The translations under genes were made by a program, and so were the position numbers. A DNA stretch of 64,000 nucleotides, from positions 11,905 to 75,904 of the forward strand of contig VHBP01000003.1 of assembly GCA_016871915.1 (NCBI GenBank). The letters run 5' to 3'. Shown here piece after piece: positions 49,257 through 57,972 of the stretch. The DNA comes from Gemmatimonadota bacterium. GTDB taxonomy: Bacteria > Gemmatimonadota > Gemmatimonadetes > Gemmatimonadales > Gemmatimonadaceae. The notes below the pieces were generated by a model, which did not search any database, was not told where the DNA came from, and was given only the letters and a program-made list of their open reading frames with translations. Within the stretch, counting starts at the first letter, position 1. Each line of letters opens with the position of its first letter.

Positions 49257-49910
49257 TCAGGGCTCGAGAAAGAGATCGGCCAGACGGGTGGCTAGGCCCG
49301 GGGCGACGCGCGCGCCCCCTGGCACGATCAGATCGCCGGCAAAGAGGACCGTGCGGGCTCGCGTATCCACGAGAACCAGTCGCACCGAGGTCACCTCGCC
49401 ATCCACGCGCAACTCCACCGGCACGAGCACCTGCCGCATGTCGCCGAGGGCGGTGAGAAAGCGGAGGTTGTCCGCGAGGGGCGAGGGGATCGGTGACCCG
49501 ATCTCCGGGAGGATCGCCCGCCACCGCCCGACACCGAGGGCGTAGGCATCACCCTGGAAGGTCGGATTCCGCCGCGCGATCCGTACGACATCCGCCGAAT
49601 ACACCCAGCGCCGCCCCATCCCACGGTCCTGCAGCTCGGTCGTCAGCGCCGAATCGATCGCGAGCCGAAGTTGCGCCCAGGCGATCGACCTACTCCATCC
49701 GGTGGTGTCGGGGCGCCAGTTCTGGATCGGCACCACGGCCACCCGCTCCTCGGCGAAGGCGCCGAGCGGTGGGCCGACCACGACCGGAGTGCCCTTCGCC
49801 GGGGCGCCCTTGCCAGCCGGCGGCGCGCCGGACGGCGACTGCGCCTCGAGCGCCCCCGCAAGCACGGTGAGCGAGAGGGCCACGAGGAGGGCGCGAGCGG
49901 TCTGAAGCAC
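49257..49910 (-). CDS. Exported hypothetical protein
   Basis: Signal peptide (LLVALSLTVLAGALEAQ), Pro-rich linker, fills the gap between known genes. Confidence 0.6.
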   Translation of the reverse strand: MLQTARALLVALSLTVLAGALEAQSPSGAPPAGKGAPAKGTPVVVGPPLGAFAEERVAVVPIQNWRPDTTGWSRSIAWAQLRLAIDSALTTELQDRGMGRRWVYSADVVRIARRNPTFQGDAYALGVGRWRAILPEIGSPIPSPLADNLRFLTALGDMRQVLVPVELRVDGEVTSVRLVLVDTRARTVLFAGDLIVPGGARVAPGLATRLADLFLEP

Positions 49911-50019
49911 GGGGGAAAGCTAATCGTCCGCCCCGGCCCTCTCCATGAATCCGACCCTCCCGATGGCGGGGCGCGTGGGCTACGATAAGGGGGTCCTTCC
50001 CCCTCTCCCCATCCGACCT

Positions 50020-52107
50020 ATGCCTCGTTGGGTCTCGGCTCTGATCTGGGCCGTCGTCTCCCTCGTCGGCGCGGGGGCCTTAGCGGTCCTCGCCCTCTCG
50101 CGTGGCGAGACGATCAACGCCGCCTGGCTCCTCACCGCCGCGGTCTGCACCTACGCCATCGGCTACCGCTTCTATTCGAAGATCCTCGCGGCGAAGGTCT
50201 TCGCGCTCGACTCGCAGCGGATGACGACCGCGGAGCTCCGCGCCGATGGGCGCGACTTCGTGCCGACCAACCGGTGGATCGTCTTCGGTCACCACTTCGC
50301 GGCGATCGCGGGGCCGGGGCCGCTGGTCGGGCCGACCCTCGCGGCGCAGTTCGGGTTCCTCCCCGGCGCGCTCTGGATCATCGTCGGCGTGGTGATCGGC
50401 GGCGCGGTGCAGGACATGGTGATCCTCTGCGCCTCGGTGCGCCGCAACGGCAAATCGCTCGGTCAGATGGCGAAGGACGAGATCGGTCCCGTCGCGGGGT
50501 TCACCGCGTTGGTGGCGGTACTCGGGATCATGATCATCCTCATCTCGGTGCTCGCGCTGATCGTGGTGAAGGCGCTCGCGGAGAGCCCGTGGGGCGTGGT
50601 GACGGTCGGGCTCACGATCCCGATCGCGATGCTGATGGGAGTCTATCTGAAGTATTGGCGCCCGGGGCGTGTACTCGAGGTGAGCGCACTCGGGATCCTC
50701 TTATTGTTCGTCGCCCTTTACGCGGGGCGATTTGCGGCGGAGCACCCGACCTTGGGGCCGCTCTTCACCCTGGCGCCGGTCCCACTCGCCTTCGCGGTGA
50801 TGGTCTACGGCTTCGCGGCCGCGGTGATGCCGGTCTGGCTCCTCTTGGCGCCGCGTGACTATCTCTCGGCCTTCGTGAAGATCGGCGTCGTCGTCGCGCT
50901 GGCCGCGGGGATCCTGATCGTCCTCCCGCCGCTGCAGATGCCGGCGGTGACGCCATTCATCGATGGCACGGGGCCCGTATTCGCCGGGAAGGTCTTCCCC
51001 TTCGTCTTCATCACGATCGCCTGCGGGGCGATCAGCGGCTTCCACGCGCTCATCGCCTCTGGCACCACGCCGAAGCTCCTCGAGAATGAGGCCGATGCGC
51101 GGATGATCGGCTACGGCGCGATGCTCACCGAGTCGCTCGTCGCGACGATGGCGCTGATCGCGGCCTGCGTGCTGACGCCGGGGATCTACTTCGCGATCAA
51201 CGCCCCCGCGGGGATCATCGGCACGACGGCGGAGAGCGCGGCGCAGGTGATCGCCACCTGGGGGTTCACGCTCAGGCCCGAGGAGCTCACCGCCCTCGCC
51301 GCGCAGGTGGAGGAGAGCTCGCTCCTCTCGCGCACCGGTGGCGCGCCTTCACTCGCGGTCGGGATGGCGAAGATCTTCTCCGACGCGATCGGCGGGAGCG
51401 CGATGGGGCTCTGGTATCACTTCGCCCTGATGTTCGAGGCACTCTTCATCCTCACGACGCTCGACGCCGGGACGCGCGTGGGACGCTTCATGCTCCAGGA
51501 CCTCGGCAAACATCTCTGGGCGCCGTTCGGCCGGGTCTCGTGGTATCCCGCGGTGCTCCTCTCGAGTGGGCTCTTCGTCGGCTGCTGGGGGTACTTCCTC
51601 TATCAGGGCGTGACCGATCCCCTTGGCGGGATCAACTCCCTCTGGCCCCTCTTCGGGATCGCCAACCAGCTGCTCGCCACCGTCGCGCTCTGCGTGGGGA
51701 CGACGATCATCATCAAGATGGGGAAGGCGCGCTACGCCTGGATCACCGTGGTCCCGATGGCTTGGCTCGTGATCGTGACGATGACGGCGGGATGGATGAA
51801 GCTGCACGATCCGAACCCCAAGATCGGATTCATCGCGCACGCCTATTGGGTGCAGGGTTTCCTCGATGCAGGCACACTCCCACCGGGAGTCGCGAATGCC
51901 GCGGCGGCCGCGCGGCTCATCTTCAACGATCGCCTCGATGCCGGCGTTGCCGCCTTCTTCCTGGTCGCCGTCCTCGTGATCCTCGCCGCCTCCGCGCGCG
52001 AGTGGTGGTCGGTCCTGTCAGGGCGCACCCCACTGCGTTCGACCGAGACGCCACATATCATCCGGGGGACGACGATCCCCGAGCCCTCTGCCTCTTACAT
52101 CGACTGA
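50020..52107 (+). CDS. cstA: Carbon starvation protein A family transporter (CstA/BtsT-like)
   Basis: HHFAAIAGPGPLVGP, LLAPRDYLS, ITIACGAISGFH, FILTTLDAGTR, WPLFGIANQLL. Confidence 0.95.
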   Translation: MPRWVSALIWAVVSLVGAGALAVLALSRGETINAAWLLTAAVCTYAIGYRFYSKILAAKVFALDSQRMTTAELRADGRDFVPTNRWIVFGHHFAAIAGPGPLVGPTLAAQFGFLPGALWIIVGVVIGGAVQDMVILCASVRRNGKSLGQMAKDEIGPVAGFTALVAVLGIMIILISVLALIVVKALAESPWGVVTVGLTIPIAMLMGVYLKYWRPGRVLEVSALGILLLFVALYAGRFAAEHPTLGPLFTLAPVPLAFAVMVYGFAAAVMPVWLLLAPRDYLSAFVKIGVVVALAAGILIVLPPLQMPAVTPFIDGTGPVFAGKVFPFVFITIACGAISGFHALIASGTTPKLLENEADARMIGYGAMLTESLVATMALIAACVLTPGIYFAINAPAGIIGTTAESAAQVIATWGFTLRPEELTALAAQVEESSLLSRTGGAPSLAVGMAKIFSDAIGGSAMGLWYHFALMFEALFILTTLDAGTRVGRFMLQDLGKHLWAPFGRVSWYPAVLLSSGLFVGCWGYFLYQGVTDPLGGINSLWPLFGIANQLLATVALCVGTTIIIKMGKARYAWITVVPMAWLVIVTMTAGWMKLHDPNPKIGFIAHAYWVQGFLDAGTLPPGVANAAAAARLIFNDRLDAGVAAFFLVAVLVILAASAREWWSVLSGRTPLRSTETPHIIRGTTIPEPSASYID

Positions 52108-52110
52108 CCG

Positions 52111-54471
52111 ATGCGCTTTCGTCCTTCGCTCCGCCTCGCCTGTGCCCTCGTCGCCACGATCACCGTCGGCCGCGTGGAGGCGCAGCAGCCCTTCGACCTC
52201 TCGGTGAAGAACATCATGCGCGGCCCCGAGCTCTATGGCCGCGAGCCGCAGAACGTGCGCTTCACCGCCGACGGCCAGTGGATCTACTTCCAGTGGCTCG
52301 CGCCTGGCGCGAAGTGGAACGCGGAGCTCGAGCCGTACCGCGTGGCCGCGCGCGCCGAGGCCACGCCGGAGCGCGTGAGCGCGGCGCAGATGGATTCGGT
52401 CGCTCCGCTCCTCGCCAGCGGCCGCCGACTCCCGGGGAGCCGCGGGAGCGCGGTGCGTGAGATCGTGAACGCCAACGGGGATCTCTGGCTCCGAAGCCGC
52501 ACCGGCACCAACGTGACCCTCCGCCGCCTGACGCAGACCGCGGCGAACGAGAGCGAGGCGCGCCCCTCGCTCGACGGGCGCGAGGTCTTCTATGTGCGCG
52601 ACCAGAATCTCTTCGCCGTCGACCTGATCACCGGCCTCACCCGTCAGCTCACCGATCTCCGCTCGGGGGCTGCCCCCACGGAGCCCAAGCCGCCGACCGG
52701 GCAGCGTGGCGCCCTCGCCGCGCAGCAGCGTCACCTCCTCGAGACGATCCGCGATGATCTCGCCGCCGACTCGCTCGAGGCCGCGCGTCGGCGCGAGGCG
52801 GAGTCGCGTCGACTCCCCATCGTCTGGATCCCCGCCGCGGAGCGGATCACGGGGATCGCCATCTCTCCCGACGGGAAGAGCGCGCTGATCAACACCGTCC
52901 TCCCCGCCACCGGGGCGCGCGGCTCCGATGTCCCCGACTACATCAATCCCGACGGCTATCCGCGGATGATCCCGGGGCGCTCGAAGGTCGGCGATGTGCA
53001 GGGGACGCCCAAGGTCGGGCACCTCCTCCTCGCGACGGGGACGATCACCTGGCTCACCCTCGCCCCGGACTCCAGCGCGGTGAGCAGCGCGCAGCTCGGC
53101 GACTGGAGCGACGATGGCCGCTTCGGACTGCTCTTCGTGGTCTCCGCCGACTTCAAGCACCGCTACCTCTGGTCGGTCGCCTCGGCGACCGGCGCCACGA
53201 CGCTTGTTGATGCGCTCAAGGACGAGAAGTGGGTGAATGGCCCCTGCTTCGGCTGCACCGGGTGGACCCCGCAGGGGAAGGCCTGGTTCGTCTCTGAGGA
53301 GAGTGGCTACGCGCACCTCTACACCGCGAACGCCGATGGCTCCGGCAAGCAGGCGCTGACCAGCGGGAGTTGGGAGGTGCTGGGTGCCGCGCGGAGCGCG
53401 GACGACGCCTCGTTCGATCTCGTGACGAGCGAGCCCTCGCCCTTCACCAAGCAAGCGTATCGCATGCCGATTGCCGGTGGCGCGCGCACGCGGCTCACCA
53501 CAGGGAACGGCGGCCATGCGCCGGTCATCAGCCCCGTCGATCCGAATGTGATCGCGACGGTCTACTCCGCGGCGAATACCCCACCCGAGCTCTTCGTCAC
53601 GCGTGTGGGCGAAGGTCGGATGGCGCAGCTCACCACCAGCACCACGACCGAGTTCCGCTCGTACGCCTGGAAGGAGCCGCCGATCGTGCAGCTCGATGGT
53701 GAGGATGGGGTGAAGGTCCCCGCTCGCCTCTACGACCCCAGGAGCTTCGGTGTCACGCCCAACGGGGGCGCGGTGATCTTCGTGCATGGTGCCGGCTACC
53801 TGCACAACGTGCACAACTGGTGGTCGAACTATGCGCGCGAATACATGTTCCACCACCTTCTCGCCTCGCGCGGCTACGTGGTGCTCGACATCGACTATCG
53901 TGGGTCAGCCGGCTATGGCCGTGACTGGCGCACCGGGATCTATCGCTGGATGGGAGGCAAGGACCTCGACGATCATGTCTCGGGCTCCAAGTATCTCGCC
54001 AAGACCTATGGGATTGATCCGGAGCGCGTGGGGATCTACGGCGGCTCGTACGGCGGATTCATCACGCTGATGGCGCTCTTCACCAAGTCTGAGCACTTCG
54101 GTGCGGGAGCGGCGCTCCGTTCGGTGACCGATTGGGCGAGCTACAATCACGGCTACACCGGCCGCATCCTCAACCTCCCGCAGAACGACACGCTCGCCTA
54201 CAAGCGCTCCTCCCCGCTCTACTTCGCCGAGGGACTCACGGACCCGCTCCTGATCGCGCATGGGATGGTCGACGTCAACGTGCAGTTCCAGGACGTCGTG
54301 CACCTCGCGCAGCGCCTGATCGAACTCGAGAAGGTCGATTGGGAGATGGCGGTCTATCCGGTGGAGGACCACGGCTTCGTGCGCCCGAGCTCCTGGCACG
54401 ACGAGTATCGCCGCATCCTCGAGCTCTTCGACCGGACGATCGGTCCCAACGGGAGCAAGGCGAAGCGATGA
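52111..54471 (+). CDS. Exported S9 family peptidase (prolyl oligopeptidase/DPP IV-like)
   Basis: Signal peptide, beta-propeller repeats, GGSYGG (catalytic Ser), HGMVD, EDHGF. Confidence 0.92.
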   Translation: MRFRPSLRLACALVATITVGRVEAQQPFDLSVKNIMRGPELYGREPQNVRFTADGQWIYFQWLAPGAKWNAELEPYRVAARAEATPERVSAAQMDSVAPLLASGRRLPGSRGSAVREIVNANGDLWLRSRTGTNVTLRRLTQTAANESEARPSLDGREVFYVRDQNLFAVDLITGLTRQLTDLRSGAAPTEPKPPTGQRGALAAQQRHLLETIRDDLAADSLEAARRREAESRRLPIVWIPAAERITGIAISPDGKSALINTVLPATGARGSDVPDYINPDGYPRMIPGRSKVGDVQGTPKVGHLLLATGTITWLTLAPDSSAVSSAQLGDWSDDGRFGLLFVVSADFKHRYLWSVASATGATTLVDALKDEKWVNGPCFGCTGWTPQGKAWFVSEESGYAHLYTANADGSGKQALTSGSWEVLGAARSADDASFDLVTSEPSPFTKQAYRMPIAGGARTRLTTGNGGHAPVISPVDPNVIATVYSAANTPPELFVTRVGEGRMAQLTTSTTTEFRSYAWKEPPIVQLDGEDGVKVPARLYDPRSFGVTPNGGAVIFVHGAGYLHNVHNWWSNYAREYMFHHLLASRGYVVLDIDYRGSAGYGRDWRTGIYRWMGGKDLDDHVSGSKYLAKTYGIDPERVGIYGGSYGGFITLMALFTKSEHFGAGAALRSVTDWASYNHGYTGRILNLPQNDTLAYKRSSPLYFAEGLTDPLLIAHGMVDVNVQFQDVVHLAQRLIELEKVDWEMAVYPVEDHGFVRPSSWHDEYRRILELFDRTIGPNGSKAKR

Positions 54472-54650
54472 GTCGCTGGCTCGCGCGAATCGCCGCCACG
54501 GTGCGCCGGATCATCGGCGCACCGGACTACGCGACCTATCTCGCGCATCACCGCGCCTGCCATCCTGGGCGCGCACCGATGGACGAGGCGACCTTCGTCG
54601 CCGAACGGCTCAGCGCGCGCTACGAGCGTCCTGGGTCGCGTTGCTGCTGA
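54468..54650 (+). CDS. YbdD/YjiX (DUF466) CstA-associated small protein
   Basis: ATGA overlap; MSRWLARIAATVRRIIGAPDYATYLAH...HP...RCC-stop. Confidence 0.88.
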   Translation: MSRWLARIAATVRRIIGAPDYATYLAHHRACHPGRAPMDEATFVAERLSARYERPGSRCC

Positions 54651-55854
54651 TCACGGGGACGGCGAGCACTAGATAGAGCGCCGCGACCACGGCGAAGCTC
54701 GCCCCCATCACGAAGGCCGCGGGGGGACCATACCCCTGCCAGACGACGCCGAAAAGTGCGGACGCCGGCAACGCCCCCAATCCCACGGCGGCATTGAACC
54801 ATCCGAAGGCCGTCCCTCGGGAGGCCGCCGGGACGAGATCGGCGATCATCGCCCGCTCCGATCCTTCGGTGAGACCGAAGTAGAGCCCATAGACTAGGAA
54901 GAGCGCCCACGCCTGCCACGCCGTCGAGGCTAGCGCGAAGCCGAGGTAGGTCGCCGCATACACCATCCATCCCCCGAGGATGAGCGGCCGTCGCCCGTAG
55001 CGATCGGAGAGCGCCCCACCGATCGCCGTCGACGAGGTCTTCACCAGATGGAGCGCCGCCCAGAGGATCGGCAGCACCGCGGTCGGCACTCCGAGCTGCG
55101 AGGCACGGAGCAGCAGGAAGGCGTCAGTGGAGGCCCCGAGGGTGAAGAGGAAGATCGCGACAAGGAAGCGCCAGAACGGGGTCCCCAGCGAGACCAAGGG
55201 GGCCGGCTGCCGACGCGGCGGCGCCTCGGTCGCCACGACCTCCACCACCGGCTCGGCGACGCGTTCACGCACGAAGAGCCCCACCAACGCGACCGAGATC
55301 GCCCCGGGGATCACGGCGAAGAGGAAGAGGGTCCGCAACTCCACCCACCCGGCGGAGAGCACCACCCAGGCGATCAACGGTCCGACGACGGCCCCAGCAC
55401 TATCGGCAGCGCGGTGGAACCCGTACGCATACCCGCGCTGCGAAGGCGCCACCGACTCGGCGATCAGCGCATCGCGCGGCGCGGTGCGCACCCCCTTCCC
55501 GAAGCGATCGGTGAGTCGGATCGCCAGCACCTGCCCCGCGCCCTGTGCGAGCCCGATCAGCGGTCGCGCCACCGCGGCGATCGCATAGCCGATCACCACG
55601 AATGGCTTCCGTCGACGCGTCTTATCTGACCACCAGCCCGCTGGGATGCGCAACAGGGAGGAGACGCTCTCCGCCATCCCCTCGATCACACCGAGCGCCG
55701 CGACCGAAGTGCCTAGCACCGTGCTCAGGAAGACGGGGAGGAGCGGATGGATCATCTCGCTCGCCACATCGGTGAAGAAGCTCGCCGCGGCGAGCACCGT
55801 GATGTTCCGCCCGAGCTTCGGGCGGTGATCGCCACTCATCGGTGGCAGGGTCAT
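54610..55854 (-). CDS. MFS transporter
   Basis: ASFFTDVASEM, WSDKTRRRKPF, DRFGKGVRTAPRDALIA, LSDRYGRR; about 12 TMs. Confidence 0.9.
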   Translation of the reverse strand: MTLPPMSGDHRPKLGRNITVLAAASFFTDVASEMIHPLLPVFLSTVLGTSVAALGVIEGMAESVSSLLRIPAGWWSDKTRRRKPFVVIGYAIAAVARPLIGLAQGAGQVLAIRLTDRFGKGVRTAPRDALIAESVAPSQRGYAYGFHRAADSAGAVVGPLIAWVVLSAGWVELRTLFLFAVIPGAISVALVGLFVRERVAEPVVEVVATEAPPRRQPAPLVSLGTPFWRFLVAIFLFTLGASTDAFLLLRASQLGVPTAVLPILWAALHLVKTSSTAIGGALSDRYGRRPLILGGWMVYAATYLGFALASTAWQAWALFLVYGLYFGLTEGSERAMIADLVPAASRGTAFGWFNAAVGLGALPASALFGVVWQGYGPPAAFVMGASFAVVAALYLVLAVPVISSNATQDARSAR

Positions 55855-57065
55855 GGCCATCGTACCCCAGCCACCGGCCGCACGGCGAGGAACTGCCCGC
55901 GCGGCGCCTGTGCGGGGAAGGCCGCGGCATAGGACGCCTGCCAGCGCGCGATCACCGTATCGGCCTCCGCCCGATCCGCCACCGCCCAGACCGCGCCGCC
56001 GAATCCTGCCCCGAACGCCGAGGCCGCATGCGCGCCGGCGGCCATCGCCGCGCGGGCGAGGAACATCGTCTCCGGGATCTGGTTTCGGAGCACCACCTCG
56101 GCCCCCTGTTGCGACGCCACCGCGAGCGCCCCCAAGGCGCTCGCATCGGCAGCGGCGAAGGCGGTGAGCGCGTCAGGGACGAACCGCTCCGTCTCCGCGC
56201 GGAACTGTGCGATCCGAGCGATCGCCCCATCGGGATCGTCGAGGCCGCGCGCGAGCTGCGCCAACCGCTCCGGCGCGTCGGGACTCGACCTCAACACGCT
56301 TCGCAAGGAGGGATCCGCGCGCCCGGTGAGGTGATTCCAGGCCGCGACGATCCCACGCAGTTGGTCCGCGGCCCGGTTGTAGTCATCGCGCGCACCGGCC
56401 GTCTTCGTCGCGCGTACCCCGCTCACCCCGACGAGCAGGGTCCACGACTCCGGGAACGCCGCGGAGCCGATCGGCTCCGCGGGGAGATACCGAAAGGCAC
56501 TGACGCGGTCCGCCTGATTACAACAGATCGCCACATGATCCTGCGCCCCTCCACGCGTGCCGACCCCATGCTCACCCGGGAATGGCCCGTATGGCCCACC
56601 CATCTCCACAGCCCCGCAATACTCCGCGAGCTGCAGCGGCGTGCGCAGATGGTCGCGCCAGACGCGACGTGAGCGCAGGCCATTCACCTCGGCCAAAGCG
56701 ATCACGAGGAGGGTGATGAAGGCGCTCGAACTCGAGAGGCCCGAGGAGCGCGGGAGATCGCTCGTCGAACGGATCCGCACGCCGACCTTGAGCGGGGCGA
56801 AGTCGCGGGACATCCGTCGGACCACCACGGCGATGTAGGCCCCACCATGGGCGCTCCCCGTCCGCGCATCGCGGCGCAGCGGGACGCGCGCACGCCGGCC
56901 GGTCGAGTCATCCTCGATCTCGAGGAAGGGGCGATCGATTGGGGTGATCTCGGCGTGGATGCCGAGGTCCACCGCGCAGGTCAGCGAGGGCCCTCCGCCG
57001 TAGTCGACATGCTTGCCGAAGAGCTCGATCCGCCCGGGGACGAAGAGCGCACGCGACTCAGGCAT
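55851..57065 (-). CDS. Galactokinase-like GHMP family sugar kinase with an altered sugar-binding motif
   Basis: PGRIELFGKHVDY, PRSSGLSSSSA (GHMP ATP loop), GGAQDH, FGAGFGG. Confidence 0.85.
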   Translation of the reverse strand: MPESRALFVPGRIELFGKHVDYGGGPSLTCAVDLGIHAEITPIDRPFLEIEDDSTGRRARVPLRRDARTGSAHGGAYIAVVVRRMSRDFAPLKVGVRIRSTSDLPRSSGLSSSSAFITLLVIALAEVNGLRSRRVWRDHLRTPLQLAEYCGAVEMGGPYGPFPGEHGVGTRGGAQDHVAICCNQADRVSAFRYLPAEPIGSAAFPESWTLLVGVSGVRATKTAGARDDYNRAADQLRGIVAAWNHLTGRADPSLRSVLRSSPDAPERLAQLARGLDDPDGAIARIAQFRAETERFVPDALTAFAAADASALGALAVASQQGAEVVLRNQIPETMFLARAAMAAGAHAASAFGAGFGGAVWAVADRAEADTVIARWQASYAAAFPAQAPRGQFLAVRPVAGVRWP

Positions 57066-57089
57066 GACGCGATACCGATGCGTCGCCGC

Positions 57090-57953
57090 TCAGAGCCGCG
57101 GGACGCGACCCGCGAGGCGCGCCTCCACCGCCGGGACATCGCTTCGCCGGGAGAGATCGAGCACGGGGAGTCGTACCCCAGGCGCGACGAACCGTGTGCC
57201 CCGCCGCATCGCGCGTCGTACCGCATCGGTGAGCTCGAGTTCGCCCCGCGGTGAGGGACGCACCGCCGCGCAGTCGACGAAAATCTCGGTGGTGAAGCGC
57301 CAGAGGTTCATCGAGACCCAGCGCGCAGCCGAGCGACGGAGCGGGTGACCCGGCGCCGGCTTCTCGACGATCTCGCGCAAGACGCCATCCGGCGAGACGT
57401 CGAGCAGGGCGAACGCATGGACGCGCGTCTCCTCGATGTTCCCCTGCGTCACGAGACTCGCGGCATCGAAGGCGACGAGCGCCGGTCCCGCCGCCCCAAC
57501 CAACATCGACACCGCCTCGGCGGGATAGAGATTATCCGCGTTGCACATGAGGAGGTGCGCGCGCCCCTGGGCATCGTGCGGTGCGACCGCCTCCACCACC
57601 TCGCGCGCGGCGAGCAGCGCGTCGGCGGTCCCCTTGGGCTCCACCTGCTCGGCGAAGTGCACCCGGAGGCGCTCGGGCGCCACCTCACGCGTATAGCGTT
57701 GTCGGATCGCCGACTCCCCCGGCGCCACGACGAAGATCACGTCGGTCACCCCGCCATCGGCGAGCGCGCTCAAGACATGGTCGAGCAGCGGGAATCCCGC
57801 GATCGGGATGAGTCCCTTCGCCCCTGCGGCGGCCGCAGCCGCCTGCTCCGGGGTGAGGGTGGTCACCTCGTCCGCGCGCATCCGCGTGCCGAGCCCGCGC
57901 GCGAGGATCACCGCGGTGGTCGCGCGAGGCGCAGTAGGCCGCACCGCGCTCAT
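57090..57953 (-). CDS. Sugar-1-phosphate nucleotidyltransferase (RmlA/GalU-like fold)
   Basis: ILARGLGTRM, EQVEPKGTADAL, NADN, IVEKP, SPRGELELTDAV. Confidence 0.85.
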   Translation of the reverse strand: MSAVRPTAPRATTAVILARGLGTRMRADEVTTLTPEQAAAAAAGAKGLIPIAGFPLLDHVLSALADGGVTDVIFVVAPGESAIRQRYTREVAPERLRVHFAEQVEPKGTADALLAAREVVEAVAPHDAQGRAHLLMCNADNLYPAEAVSMLVGAAGPALVAFDAASLVTQGNIEETRVHAFALLDVSPDGVLREIVEKPAPGHPLRRSAARWVSMNLWRFTTEIFVDCAAVRPSPRGELELTDAVRRAMRRGTRFVAPGVRLPVLDLSRRSDVPAVEARLAGRVPRL

Positions 57954-57972
57954 CGAAGCCACCGCACCTGAC

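Noticed and set aside
54639-54650. Possible selenocysteine read-through at the ybdD TGA (family has C-U variants)
   Set aside because: The protein already ends Cys-Cys before TGA. I see no SECIS-like hairpin, and the read-through sequence is just the antisense of the MFS gene.
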